Under the pieces are notes generated by a model. That model searched no databases and was not told where the DNA came from. It saw nothing but the letters and a program-made list of their open reading frames with translations. A DNA stretch of 64,000 nt from Lepidodermella squamata (lineage: Eukaryota; Animalia; Gastrotricha), in contig JBLDXI010000031.1 in NCBI GenBank assembly GCA_047495785.1, positions 124,001 to 188,000 on the forward strand. Reading direction: 5' to 3'. A program made the position numbers and the translations under genes. Position 1 is the stretch's first letter, and each line of letters begins with the position of its first letter. Below are positions 24,849 to 37,240 of this stretch, in pieces.

Positions 24849-25775
24849 TTATAATTCGAATGCTATGCGACTGAAAATGTGGAAAAATAACAATATTGTC
24901 ATATAATTTAATGCGGCAAGAGTAGAAATAGCGCTATTCGTTTGATCCATGTTATCGTTGAAGAAAGTGGTGATACAATTAACAGCCTTTTCTACGTCCT
25001 CTCGAATCGTTGCATTCGATATATCCCCTCGAGGCACCCAGCCGTGTGACATTCGTGGGAAGGGTATAACCTTAGACGACGGGCTGTTCTTCTTCATAAT
25101 CTGAAACCAGGCGCCGTTCTCCAGCAAATCCACAGGGTCGTTACCGGCTGGTAGCCAAAGAGCCGGGATTTTAACTTCCTCAATCATTTCGGTAATATTC
25201 CGCCCACTGATGGTTGTCTCCATTTGAAATGACGGATGAGCTGTTGCGACAGCACTCAAATCAGAACTGAGATCGGCGCCAGCTTTCATGACGACCCATC
25301 CACCCCAGCAGAAGCCCAACATTCCAATTTTCGCGATTTTGAACGACCGCAGTCGGGTTAAAGCCTGCTGAATCCGGGGTTTGATTGATGATTCCCAAGT
25401 AATGTTTCGTAGATAGACTAATCGCTCGGCGCTTCGACTTGGACTAAGATTAGCCGGGAGGCCATCGCCATCAGTCCCGCCTTCAAACGCTGGCTGGAGT
25501 AGTTTTGGTATCATGACGTAGAACCCTTTCGAGGCGAAATGATCGGCGATTTGCCTGTTGCGGCCACTATTCCAGCCATAGATATCCGAAGCGATTATGA
25601 TAGATTTCGTCGATGTTTTTGAGCCAGTTTCATAAAATGTTAATAAGTCGCTGGTTGTAACAATCGAGCCTACGTTGTTTGTGTTGTTCGAAGCGGAGTA
25701 GCCATGGCTATTATCCGGGCAGGCGTTGACGAGGTGATATAAGATCGTGAATAATATTACGTGATGAAGTAACAT
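24849..25775 (-). CDS. Dienelactone hydrolase family (CMBL-like) with signal peptide and hydrophobic, GPI-signal-like C-tail
   Basis: GFCWGG nucleophile elbow, SDIYGW, AGND, SHGW. N-terminal MLLHHVILFTILYHLVNA. C-terminal AISTLAALNYMTILLFFHIF. Confidence 0.9.
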   Translation of the reverse strand: MLLHHVILFTILYHLVNACPDNSHGYSASNNTNNVGSIVTTSDLLTFYETGSKTSTKSIIIASDIYGWNSGRNRQIADHFASKGFYVMIPKLLQPAFEGGTDGDGLPANLSPSRSAERLVYLRNITWESSIKPRIQQALTRLRSFKIAKIGMLGFCWGGWVVMKAGADLSSDLSAVATAHPSFQMETTISGRNITEMIEEVKIPALWLPAGNDPVDLLENGAWFQIMKKNSPSSKVIPFPRMSHGWVPRGDISNATIREDVEKAVNCITTFFNDNMDQTNSAISTLAALNYMTILLFFHIFSRIAFEL

Positions 25776-26891
25776 ATTTCTAAGAATATTCCAGATACAC
25801 TTTCAAAATGCATGACTGTCGCTTAGCTGGGTATTCTACAACGAGCTTTGATGCGCGGTTTCTTATTTACTCATATCTTACCTATGTATATCGTATAATC
25901 TATACACGTATGTATATGCTACGGGATACCTCATCATCTGAAAAATACTGCTCATATACGCATTGCTTTTACCACTAATATATGAATACAGTTAATTCAG
26001 TGCAGGTATACTTTAGGGTAGAACAGCTAACGTGAATCGTTAAAGCACTACGCATCAGACAAAAAAATAGCACCGGTAATAATTCCAACGTTGAAATGGT
26101 TATAACCGCGTGTTTCATTCATCAAATTCTTAAATTAACGGCTGTGTAATAGTATTCCTGAAGGCGTTTATCCCTGAGTATTTGATTCTGCAGCGGCTAA
26201 CGTTACCCAGCAGTTGTTTATGCGCCGGGTGCGGGCATTAATGCGGGTTTACGCTTCTTTCGAGCGCCAAATAACAAGAGAACAAGAGAAGAAAAATGAT
26301 GGTTTCCATAATCTCAGTAAAGACATGGTCTGGATAAACATTGCGTTTGATGTTCGAACGGTGAAGGTGGTTGTGGTCGTGATTTCAGTCCAGAGAGTTT
26401 ATCGGACCTGAGAACCCTGAGAAAAGCCCCCTCTGTGGTTCTCTCGGTTTTTTCTTGTCTGGACACAATGGAAAGAATTCGGCAAAAATTCAGCTATAAA
26501 CTACTTCGGCGCACACTGGGTTCGAAGTTGAAAATATTCCGAAAGCTGATTGGCCAGTTGGTCGTATCCTTGACTTGCTATTACAATCGTGTAATACATT
26601 ACTTATTTCGTCATTCATCATCAAGCCGGTGAAATAAACTTTATCCCAGACATAATTTCAGCTTTCAGCCGAATCAAACTGCATCTAAAAAGATCAATCA
26701 GATGGTTAATAAATGATAACTGGTTTATTGATCGCAAAGGTAAAGTAGACTCAAGTCCTTAGGCGGCAAGAAGGTTGTTGACGCTTTTTCAAAATTATTT
26801 ACTGATATTCTTACCTTAAATCGCGGTATAATCAGTGCCACCAATCAACATAGGGGCGCACTAAGGACAGTTTTTCGTCCAATGCAGAAAA

Positions 26892-27764
26892 TCAATCAGA
26901 ATTAAGCTCAGGGCAATCGTATGATATCGAGGCTGACGGGTCCATGTTAGTATTGAAGAAATTCGTGATGCAATTAACTGCTTTTTCAACACCAGCTCTG
27001 ATAGTTGCATTCGTTATGTCACCTCGAGGAACCCAACCGTGAGACATTTGCGGGAAGGGTATAACCGCTGACTGGGGGCTGTTTTGCTTCAAAATCTTGA
27101 ACCAGGTTCCATTCTTCAACAAATCCGCCGGATCGTTACCAGCTGGCAGCCAAAGAGTTGGAATTCTGATTTTTCTGATCATGTCGATAGTATTTCGGCC
27201 AAAAGAGCCTTGCTCGAGTTGCAGGGCCGGATGAGCCGTTGCCACACTCTTCAAATCAGAGCCGAGCTCGCCGGCGGCTTTCGAGATGACCCAACCGCCC
27301 CAGCAGAAGCCCAACATTCCAATATTCGGGACGTCAAATGACTTCGCGCGGTCTATCGCCTGCTGAACACGAGGTTTCAAATTTCTGTCCCAGGTAATGT
27401 TGCCGATGTAAGGACCCCACACAGCAGGGCTGGCGTTGGGTGGAGCACCGTCATCGTCTTTTCGACCGCTTAGGGCTGGTTGTAGAAGCTTTGGTACCAT
27501 TACATAAAACCCTCTCGAGGCCAAATGATCAGCGATCTGCCTTGTTCGACCAGCATTCCAGCCGTAGATATCTGTGGCGATGATGATAGCCTTTGATGAG
27601 CTGGTATCGCCAGTTTCGTACAATGTTAGCAAATCACTAGCCTCGACGGTCGATCCGAGGTTGTTAGTGTTGTCGGAGGCCATATAACCGTGGCTATTCT
27701 GCGGACAGGAATTGACGCATTCAAACAAAATTGCGACAAGTATTATTGTGGAGTAGTTGAGCAT
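26892..27764 (-). CDS. Secreted dienelactone hydrolase family protein, copy 2
   Basis: Same catalytic motifs. The likely start is MLNYSTIILVAILFECVNS at 27764, by alignment with paralogs, not the ORF-track start at 27950. Confidence 0.9.
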   Translation of the reverse strand: MLNYSTIILVAILFECVNSCPQNSHGYMASDNTNNLGSTVEASDLLTLYETGDTSSSKAIIIATDIYGWNAGRTRQIADHLASRGFYVMVPKLLQPALSGRKDDDGAPPNASPAVWGPYIGNITWDRNLKPRVQQAIDRAKSFDVPNIGMLGFCWGGWVISKAAGELGSDLKSVATAHPALQLEQGSFGRNTIDMIRKIRIPTLWLPAGNDPADLLKNGTWFKILKQNSPQSAVIPFPQMSHGWVPRGDITNATIRAGVEKAVNCITNFFNTNMDPSASISYDCPELNSD

Positions 27765-28826
27765 TTTCCCTAAAACAAACGTTTTGTAGGTTGATGTTTT
27801 GCGCATTGTAAAGATCATACTATACAATAATTCTTCTGCAGATTTTCTGGCATTTTTTCGGTTTAATGTCAGCGCGGCAATCCCTTTAACCTTTTTCAGG
27901 TGACAATTTTCAAACCAACAACTGGTTCGAAAAATGCTCACCGACTGCACTGATTTTGTGCCGTTTATTGCAGTGAGTCCATTTATGCGGTTTCGCAGCT
28001 GGCCAACTTCGCGATGAATTGGCGTGATATGGGATTGGTCATGCCAATGTCTGAACTCCCTGATGTTTTTTGTGATTCTGAAATTTTTGAAAGCGGCCGC
28101 CCTGCAGCATAAAATAGTTCGGCTTTAAAGATTTCATGGCTCAGGCCTTGTTTTAGATTTTACATCACACATCACACATTAGTGGCAGGAGGGCTGAAAT
28201 CTTATACGACTATAGCCCAACGCAACCCCGATTTTCGCAGGATGAAGACTAAGGGCTAAGGCTCCGGGTTCAGGGCACAATTCAGGCAATATAACCCGAG
28301 AGAATTATAACCCTAAGTTTCTATCCGCTCGTGGAAGATTTTGTCGATCCATCTTTCCGACGCGCAGTTGCTCATAACATAACGGCTTTGTAAATTTTTG
28401 TTGCTTGCTTCTTGCTTCAACGGTAAATCCCGAGTTCGCGACTCGCCCTTTCCGACCTCCTCATATATAAGCTTGCGAATTTCAGCGTTCCTTGTCCATG
28501 GAGACCAAAAGGTCTGTGATCCATTGCTTGTATGCGTGACTATTCAAGAGCAAACATAAATTTATGCCGCCTTTACTCACAGGCATACCAGAAATTGCTG
28601 CTGAAGATTGTCCACAGTTTTAATATAAGCATATTCATTGATTTTTTTATGAAACATCTCATGTCGCCCGGTTTATTCACAACTAGCCGTTTTAAATATT
28701 AAAAATCAGAAGATCATATCATGCTAAGTTTTGCAACTGAAAACGAATCACCTCGTAACTGGCCTAAAGTTCATTGCTTCAAACTCCAAGAGATTTCAAA
28801 TCTCAATGCGAAGTGTATAAATGAAG

Positions 28827-29729
28827 CTAATTTGAACCCGTGCATTTCTCCATCGAAACGCCGTAAAACGTCGCAGCGGTAAGTGATTTTGTCGCAGTGG
28901 TAGCCATGTAGAAGCAGCAAGCAGCGAAAGATGCATGGGCGTATTTCGTACCTGGAGTTGTTGTCTACAAGAAAATATGAAAATTCAGACGCGCTATCAG
29001 TTTGACTCTCAGCTCACCAATCCAGCAGTTGCGATTTTAACATCAGAAGAGCCACCGGTGTAAGGAAAGCGCACGCAATATCCCGCGGTCGCGCTGTCTG
29101 AAGTCCCAACAACCTTGAACGGGGTTGCATCGTTTCCATTTATACACATCAATACTGATGCTGATCCAGGAGCTTGAGCAAGCATATCGTACACTGTATT
29201 TGTAGTAGTACCAGTGGCCGCGCAGCAGTCCTTGAATGTGCTGAACCTGTTTGGAGAAGCTGAAGATTGCTAAAAAAGAACAAATTTAACAAAGAGTTCG
29301 CCACGAAACGTCGCAATTACCGAAGCCCCTGTGATGTATTTACTGCACGCTGCTTCAGGTTCGTTGTAACAGAATTTGACGGGCGTTGCAAGACCCGTAC
29401 CGCCAGACGTAGTTAGAGAACAAAGGTTGTAAAGCGGCTGAAACATCGATAATCAAACATCGTGAATAGATTCGCTAAATCGACCTAACTGTTGTTTGGC
29501 AACTCTGACCTGTGCCTGTGCATGCCTGAGAAGACGTTACGCATTGATTAGGAGATGCGCAAGCTGATGGTGATAGGCAGCTTTGATACGTTGAACACGC
29601 TGAAGAAATTACCCCACACGGGGCTGTTGTCGCTGGGCTTGGCGTCGGTTGGCAAGCCTTAACCGCTGATAATGTTGCTGCCACTAGGAGAACAGTTAGA
29701 CACATGGTCGCACGGGAGATATCATGCAT
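28827..29729 (-). CDS. Secreted Cys/Thr-rich protein with two degenerate Kunitz-like modules (4 exons), copy 1
   Basis: Signal peptide. Spliced product includes VKFCYNEPEAACSKYITGAS..PNRFSTFKDCC and GYCVRFPYTGG...HASFAACC. Phase-0 GT-AG introns. TAG at 28827-28829. Confidence 0.75.
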
Positions 29730-29851
29730 CGAAACCAGCGATGAGAGTTCGCCAACAAAAGCAGCTACGAGAACGTGCGGAAATTAGCCGCAAGTAACTC
29801 TTGAAAAAGTCTAACGATTAATTATTCTTAAAAATACACGGTTTATAAACT

Positions 29852-30210
29852 CATGCACCTAAACAGCGTGCTTATTAACAGTATTCGCAGTATTTTTCGT
29901 GGTAGCAAATGAGAATAACACCAGAATCAGATCAATTATAGATTCGCTCAATTACTCATTAAGGTAAACAATAACAAGCGCTGCTGATACGTTAGGTGCC
30001 TATTCAAGATATGAACTCAAAGCCGGTGGTGGTGTGCAACCTCGGCTATTCGGCCGCATTTGCCTGAGCCATGTTTTTTAAACGACCGGTTAACCTTCAA
30101 CTAAATAGCATTGTGAGCGGCCATTCAAGGAAACAATTAGTTAATTGAAGAGTGCAGCCATTGTTGAATCTATTTGAGGATTGACCTTCCACGGGGCAAA
30201 TTTGACAAAT
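29852..30210. repeat. About 360-bp upstream block duplicated at 32728-33084
   Basis: Near-identical sequence (catgcacctaa.cagcgtgcttattaacag...ggggcaaatttgacaaat) 5' of both Kunitz-like genes. Confidence 0.85.
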
Positions 30211-31251
30211 GTTTCGCGCTAATTCTTGACTAGTTCGAGTGAAATAATAAACATGTTCTGAGGGAATTCAAGGAAAATCAAGTGCGCGACTACGCATGCT
30301 CATATTTCAATTGAGCTTACGTAATGACGGAATTTGAAAATCGGTTTACAAAAATTGAGCTGCTAGTCAAGGATTACACTGGGCTCTGCTTATTTTTGGC
30401 TCGAGAAAGTGTGTTTGATATCAAGAACACTTCAAAAAGGGCCAACGAACGCTTACTTCAGCCCTATGCCCTATGACACTTTATGCAGAAGGTATCGCGT
30501 GAGTCAGTAGACATGCAAACTGTTGCTGATCTCTAGGCATGATTCAGTTTTAACGTTCTTTCGTGTTGTTTCAACTTTAGAGTTCTCGTCAAATTTGCCT
30601 CAGCAACATTGCTTTATCATTGCATATTGCATTAGCGCCGGGCGGAACCTCCGAGTTCCAAATCTCAAGATCAATAATTGTAACAATTCTATCGGAATAT
30701 TACGGAGAGGAGTGGTTCTGGGTTATTGAGAGCGAAGATGCGATGATGGGCATGTGCATGGGCGAATCCCTGTTCATTCGGGATAGGGGTCCTTTCGCAT
30801 TTCGCAGCAACCTGTGATAGTTATAACGAGACTATTTTCCGTCTGATAAAACAACGCCCAGCGATCGGTGAATCACAAATAACTGATATTTAAATTAGCA
30901 TTTTTGAGTACCGAACCGATAGATATTGGTATCTATATGGTATCAATGGAATTATTGATTATTGAACAAATCTTTGTTAGCTGTACACAAGGTCACTAAA
31001 GCAAAAGTAAACCCAACTCGATTGAAAGCCTCACAAAGCCTCACAAGCCGAACCTAATAAACTCCATGAAACTTGCCTGTGGACGTGATCTGTGAGAAAT
31101 CATAGTGACTTCGTGTCGAATTTCGGGGTAAAATAGCAGTGTTGCGCTAATGTTATAGTCTCAGTTCCAAGTTCATCGTGGTTTTAGTGCTTTACGCGTT
31201 TGGAAATTTTAATGCGCGCGCTGCGCCCATTTTATTTTTGTTGCGCGTTTG

Positions 31252-31446
31252 CAGCGGCGTAACTAGGTCTACCAAACTGGTGGGGCCAGCCTTGGGGCCA
31301 GCAAATCTTTTCCACGTATTTGCGCCCCCGAATTTTTCAGACTAAAGGGTCCCCCCTGTGGTACCCTGAGTGGATTTTTCTAGCTGGTGGGGCCGGTGCC
31401 CCCCCTGGCCCCCCCCCCCCCCCCCCCACCCTTAGTTACGCCCCTG
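31252..31446. mobile_element. hAT-type MITE (195 bp) with 8-bp TSD
   Basis: TIR cagcggcgtaactagg / cttagttacgcccctg. TSD cgcgtttg at 31244-31251 and 31447-31454. Internal poly-C tract. Confidence 0.88.
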
Positions 31447-31720
31447 CGCGTTTGCATATGTGCTTTTCAGTGAATATCGTTTTCAATGGACGCTTTTTCA
31501 TTGCTTGATGGAAAACTTCGAGCCATTCCAATTCAGATTTATTCCTCACTAGCCGTATTAAAAATTCAATGATAAACAATCAGAAATCAGATGATGGCTG
31601 CACTGTGTGCAATTGTAAATTCAGAAGGCTTCAATTTGTTCAAACAAAGCCACGCATAATTAGGTCTTAAACTTGATTAAGCAATATTATTTCGAATCAC
31701 AATGTGAAGTACAAGTTCAG

Positions 31721-32631
31721 CTAATTTAAACCAGTGCATTTTTCAAACGTAGATCCGTAAACCGTCGCGGTTCCTTCGCCTGATTTCGCTGCTCCTGGAG
31801 TGGTCGCCATGTAGTAGCAGCAAGCAGCGAATGTAGCATGAGTGTATTTCCCCGTCGGGGCAGTTGTCTTCAAGAAAGAATGATATATATTAGATTTAGA
31901 TGTAATATGAAGTAGCGATGATCAATTCTGAACCTACCAATCCAGATGTAATGATCACATCATTCGATGTAGCACCGGTGTACGGGAAGCGCACGCAACT
32001 TCCTGTTGTCGCGCTGTTTGAGCTTCCAACAACCTTGTACGGAGTACCATCGTTCCCATTTACACACGTCATTACCGCGGGGGTTCCCGAAGCTTGAGGA
32101 AGAGTCTCGTACACCGTAAAAGCTAGTGAGCCAGTAGCCTTGCAGCAATCTGTGAACGTAGTGAACGTGTTCGTTGTATCCGTAGATTGCTAACAAATCA
32201 AATTGTTGCTACATGTATATTCAAAATATGTCGCATTTACCACAGCCGTAGATATGTATTTACTGCAAGCAGCTGAAGATTCGTTGTAGCAGAACTTGAT
32301 TGGCGTTGCGAGACCGACACCGCCGGACGTAGTTACAGAGCATAAGTTGTAAACCTAAAAGACGTTCAACGAATGTCAAAGGTATTCGTCAAATTGATCT
32401 TACAGATGATACGCAACTCTTGGTGCTGTCTGTGCAGAGCTGATCTGAGGTCACGCATTGATTAGGAGACGAGCATGCTACTCCTAGTATGCATGATGTG
32501 CCGGTGGGGCAACCCGCTACCGTTGGACACGGTGTTGTCGGTTGGCAAGCGTTAACCACAGAAAACGTTGCTGCCACAAAGAGAATAGTCAGAGACGCCA
32601 TTGCTGAGGAGGCATAGATTTTCAGATTCAT
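31721..32631 (-). CDS. Secreted Cys/Thr-rich degenerate Kunitz-like protein (4 exons), copy 2
   Basis: Paralog of 28827-29729 with the same introns. IKFCYNESSAACSKYISTAV..NTFTTFTDCC and SCVRFPYTGA...HATFAACC. Confidence 0.75.
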
Positions 32632-33913
32632 TATCGAGAGTAGCGAAGTTTAACACTAACACGCGATCTTGTGGCAGGCAAACGTCCAAATAAAGATCGT
32701 GATTTAGTGCGCGTAAAATATAAACGCATGCACCTAAGCAGCGTGCTTATTAACAGTATTTGCAGTATTTTTCGTGGTAGCAAATGAGAATAACACCAGA
32801 ATCAGATCAATTATAGATTCGCTCGATTACTCATCAAGGTAAACAATAACAAGTGCCGTTGATACGTTAGGTGCCTATTCAAGATATGAACTCAAAGCCG
32901 GTGGTGGTGTGCAACCTCGGTTTGTTCGACCGCATTAGCCTGAGCCATGTTTTTTAAACGGCCGGTTGAACTTATACTCAATAACATTATGAGCGACCAT
33001 TCAAGGAAACAATTAGTAAATTGAAGAGTGCAGCCATTGTTGAATCTATTTGAGGATGACCTCTCACGGGGCAAATTTGACAAATTGTATTTGTCGGGTT
33101 GAGTGAACTACGGTGAATGCGGAGTAATTAGCCACTGGCCTTTACAAATTTTCAAACGGTATTGATTTAAATCAAAATGGAAATATAAATGAATTTCATA
33201 AGTGTTGGATTCATGTTCCTCAGTTTATTACATTGGAGTTCGGGTTTGGAAAAGTGTGGAACAAGATTCTGGAGCTCAGGTGTTTCCGGCGCCCTGTCGA
33301 AGAAAGTCTTTCAGCTATCAACTTTCAGCCTTTCTGTGGTTAGCAAGTCGGAGTTGGGGAGTCGCGCCAATTGGTCCCGTTAGTAAACGGCCTTGGCACT
33401 TCACGAATAAGCTTTTAATTTGCAGATGGGTTTATCAGGCTACCTGACGATAAAATCGAAATAAGCAATAAAAATTGAAAATCCGAGCATTACAATAGAT
33501 TAAATGGGAGCGGTAAAGAATCGAACACGAGGCGCCCGCATGAGCAGAAATGTTATGTTGTCCTTCTACTATTAGACCGAATTCGCTCATTTTCGAAATC
33601 GCATCCAGGTAATTATTGATGACCTCCGGGATATATCAAGCCTGCGGGAGATGAGGGGATCTCAAATCACAATGACTCTAATGTTTTCGAAAAAATAAGT
33701 TTTCAAAGTTCATTTTTCAGTTTATAGCTACTTGGCACGCAGCAGAATGATATGATTATCCTAGGAAGGATCCTAGGAAGTCACGTTGGTCCGTCTAATA
33801 GCTGCTGGAAGGAATCCTCAGCTCAAAAATGTAGATCAAAGTCACATTCAAAGATAAATTTACTTTATAGTTCTTTTGTTACAGTTAGTCTGGCATTTGA
33901 TAAATAATACCGC

Positions 33914-34795
33914 TCAATCCCAAGAATTCAACTCAGGGCAAGTGTATGACACATCAGCCGACGGGTCCATATTAGCATTGAAGAAATTGGTGACGCAATT
34001 AACCGCCTTCTCAACAGCTGCTCTGATTGTCGCATTGGTAACGTCACCTCGAGACACCCAACCGTGAGACATTTTCGGGAAAGGTATGACCGTCGACTGC
34101 GGGCTGCTCTGCTTCAAAACTTTGAACCAGCTTCCATTCTTCAACAAATCCGCCGGATCGTTGCCGGAAGGCAACCACAAAGTAGGAATTGTTACCTTAG
34201 ATATCATGTCAGTCGTGCTCCTGTTAAAAGGACTGTCTTCCAATTGAAGAGCCGGATGAGCTGTGGCGACGACACTCAAATCAGAGCTGAATTCGCTGCC
34301 AGCTTTCATGATGACCCAACCGCCCCAGCAGAAGCCCAACATTCCGATCCGGGAGATGTCGAATGACTTGGCTCGGTCGATAGCTTGTCTCAAGCGAGGC
34401 TTCACTGTTCCTTCCCAGGTAATATTGCTCAGGTACGGAATCCATTCAGCGCCACCTGAAGTAGCCGGAACACCGTCACCATCTGTTCCACCTCTGAGAG
34501 CGGGTTGGAGTAATTTCGGGACCATGACGTAAAAGCCTTTCGAGGCGAAGTGATCAGCGATTTGCCTTGTTCGACCACTATTCCATCCGTAGATATCAGA
34601 GGCAATGATGATAGCTTTTGAGGAGCTTGTGTCGCCAGTTTCGTACAATGATAGAGAATCACTAGCCTCAACTACCGAACCAACGTTGTTTGTGTTGTTT
34701 GAGGCCACAAAGCCATGGCTGCTTTCTGGACAGGAGTAAGCGAATCGGCAGAGGAGAGCGACAATTATTGCGCTGAGATACAGCATTTTATTCAT
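33914..34795 (-). CDS. Secreted dienelactone hydrolase family protein, copy 3
   Basis: Signal peptide MNKMLYLSAIIVALLCRFAYS. GFCWGG, SGND, SHGW. TATA box (ctataaaag) at about 34862-34870. Confidence 0.9.
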   Translation of the reverse strand: MNKMLYLSAIIVALLCRFAYSCPESSHGFVASNNTNNVGSVVEASDSLSLYETGDTSSSKAIIIASDIYGWNSGRTRQIADHFASKGFYVMVPKLLQPALRGGTDGDGVPATSGGAEWIPYLSNITWEGTVKPRLRQAIDRAKSFDISRIGMLGFCWGGWVIMKAGSEFSSDLSVVATAHPALQLEDSPFNRSTTDMISKVTIPTLWLPSGNDPADLLKNGSWFKVLKQSSPQSTVIPFPKMSHGWVSRGDVTNATIRAAVEKAVNCVTNFFNANMDPSADVSYTCPELNSWD

Positions 34796-35932
34796 CAGAA
34801 GCCAGGCAAATTTGCATTAATGGATATGAAGAAATGAATGGAGATATGAAGTTTCTGAAAGCTTTTATAGCATGAAATACGTTTCTTCCTTCCAAGATTT
34901 TTTTGTCATGTTTACTTTGTTATTTCCAGCGACAATCCCATCACCATTTTTTCAGAAGCAGATAAGGCCAGTTTTTGGCTATAATATAAGTTAGCCACAT
35001 CCTACAGGCACCTGTGCACTGAATTTGAGATGCTTAATGCAGAAGGCTGCCAGATTTCGCTTTGATCTTTCAAGAGCGACAAAAATAGGATTGGTAAAGC
35101 GGCCCTCGACTTCGCAATGCCGTTATCGTGCGCTTGAAATAACTGTCTTAACCTAGCTCAAATATGCCACCACGTGGTCGCTGTCTAGCCATGTGGCAGG
35201 AGTTTTTTTGAGCAATTGCTCATTAAATTTAAAGATGAGTTTATTTTGCCAGATTAGTTCTTCTGAATGAAATTGTTGCCGAAATTGTTGCGGAGATAAA
35301 TTTTTGATAATTACTGTGAATCGAAGTCCGGAAATATCATAACTTATCCGCCTTATATCTATGATGACCCCTATAACAAGCATTTGAACTTGCAAAACGC
35401 ATCTAAAGGCGCTTCTTCCTCAAGAAGAGATACACTTGTAAGCCGGGTCATGGAATTTCTCTAAGACTCTATTTTGTTCAGCTGTGATTTTCGATATTCT
35501 TCAATATCAATTATCCTAAATCCTAACACCGATGTCGCGAGGCATGGCAATGCAGGGATGAGAATGCCTCAGGTAAAAAATATGAGTGGCATGTTGACGT
35601 TTGATTACTATGAAGGTTACGTGTAGTCATTTCTCAGTCATTTTAACGTCAAAAAACATTCTCTTGTATAGGATTACATCGGTTATAAGAATCTCACATT
35701 GTTGATGTCGATGTTTACGCTATTGCTTCATCATTTATGTCGACGCGCAACACGTCAGAATTGTGTCACAGCTGATCCTTCGATCCATCCTTTGATACAC
35801 CTTGCCAAATGTCCACAAGCACTTCTAGTACCCGCCGAGTTGGCTATAAAAGCCGCCTGAAGAGCTGCATTTCCGCCATTCAATCGACAAGCTATCTAAA
35901 AACTTCAGTTTTCCTTCAAATTTCAACAGAAA

Positions 35933-36769
35933 ATGTTCAACGGTTTGATACTCGGCTGTGCCCTTTTGGCTATGGTTTCAATCTACCAGGCCACGGCACT
36001 CGACTGCTTGCGAGGCCAGACGAAATGCAAAAATTCTGTGTGTATCAACTCCACGTAAGACGCATCTACAGAATTTGGTCACAATAAGCTCATTTTTCTA
36101 TCAAGGTACGTCTGCGATGGCGATAACGATTGTGGCGACTATTCAGACGAAACCGGCTGTTCGGTAGAATTAATTCGAAGCTCAAATTTTGTTTTATAAC
36201 TTGATACTTCTTTATAGAGTTGTAAAGGCAATTCTTACAATTGCGGCAAGGGCAAATGCATCCCATACTCGTAATATGATATTTTCAAGACTAAATGCTG
36301 GCTGAAAGTGATAATTATTCCAGTTTCCTTTGCAATGGCTACAACGACTGCGGTGACCTTAAAGACGAACTTTTTTGCCCCACCTGTGCCGCCTCTGCTT
36401 TTCAATGTGTTTCCACTGGAACTTGCATCCCAGGTTTTGATGAATCTCTTTTCGCAATCTAGCATTTTATCAATATTTTACTATGAAGGCACATTTCAAT
36501 GCGACGGTGATAAAGATTGCATGGATGGTTCGGACGAGGCCGGTTGCCCAGCCGGCGGATCAGACTGCACGCTGACATTTACTGGCTCTGGCTACGGCAC
36601 TGTGACCACAGTTGGCGGCCGTAAGGTTTCCGACATGACCATGGGAGCTCGCATCGGTGAGACGCTGTTTGTGGTCGGCTGTTCCCGGGGCGTTTGGATT
36701 GGTGAGAAGTCGGCAACTTGTCTTGCCAGTGGCTGGTCTCGTCGCTTTGGATACTGTCTTACGCTGTAA
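35933..36769 (+). CDS. Secreted 3xLDLa + CCP-like protein (5 exons), copy 2, inverted relative to copy 1
   Basis: [22 protein letters not shown]. Same LDLa motifs and introns as copy 1. TATA ggctataaaag near 35845. Confidence 0.85.
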
Positions 36770-36999
36770 ACTGTAAAAATATCTGACTTCATTGACTATT
36801 ATTATTCTTTTTAATGCTCTGAAAATTGTAGAATAAAGCCCATCATGGAATGATCAGCTGATTTAAATTTTAAATTGTCCCGCATAACGAATGGTGGATC
36901 TTTCAAATTCTCTATAGATAGTTTGGTTTGCTGATCGAATGGGAATCTTTAAAATGAGAACATATATTTTCAGATTTCTTGCGTTGGTGTGAGCTCAAT

Positions 37000-37240
37000 T
37001 TTTGAACGTGAGGAAACACGATGAATTGTAGTTTCATATAACGCTCAAAGAAGCCATTCCATGTGCTGAAACCATTGCGCGCTTTCTATCCGGCCTAGGT
37101 AAGATCAACTGATAAAAAATAGAGTTAACAACAGTGTAAACAATATATTTACCACATGAACGGGTCGATGTAGCCGACCCTATTGCTATGCACCACCTTT
37201 GGCACTCAAATTTCATCCTTCACCCGATAACGGTAGAAAA
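37000..37240 (-). pseudogene. Cys-loop channel fragment (end of exon 1 plus exon 2)
   Basis: YRYRVKDEI*VPKVVHSNRVGYIDPFMW has TGA replacing the conserved Trp. No 5' end and no TM exon. Confidence 0.8.

Noticed and set aside
27765-27950. N-terminal extension of DLH copy 2 in the ORF track
   Set aside because: Non-ATG start; paralogs begin at the signal peptide equivalent to 27764.
33500-33590. tRNA-like A/B-box sequence (similar B-box-like motifs near 42540, 43590 and 43765)
   Set aside because: No convincing cloverleaf; at most SINE-like relics.
36265-36325. Apparent premature TAA after CIPYS in LDLa copy 2
   Set aside because: The TAA is part of the GTAATA donor; the same intron is present in copy 1.
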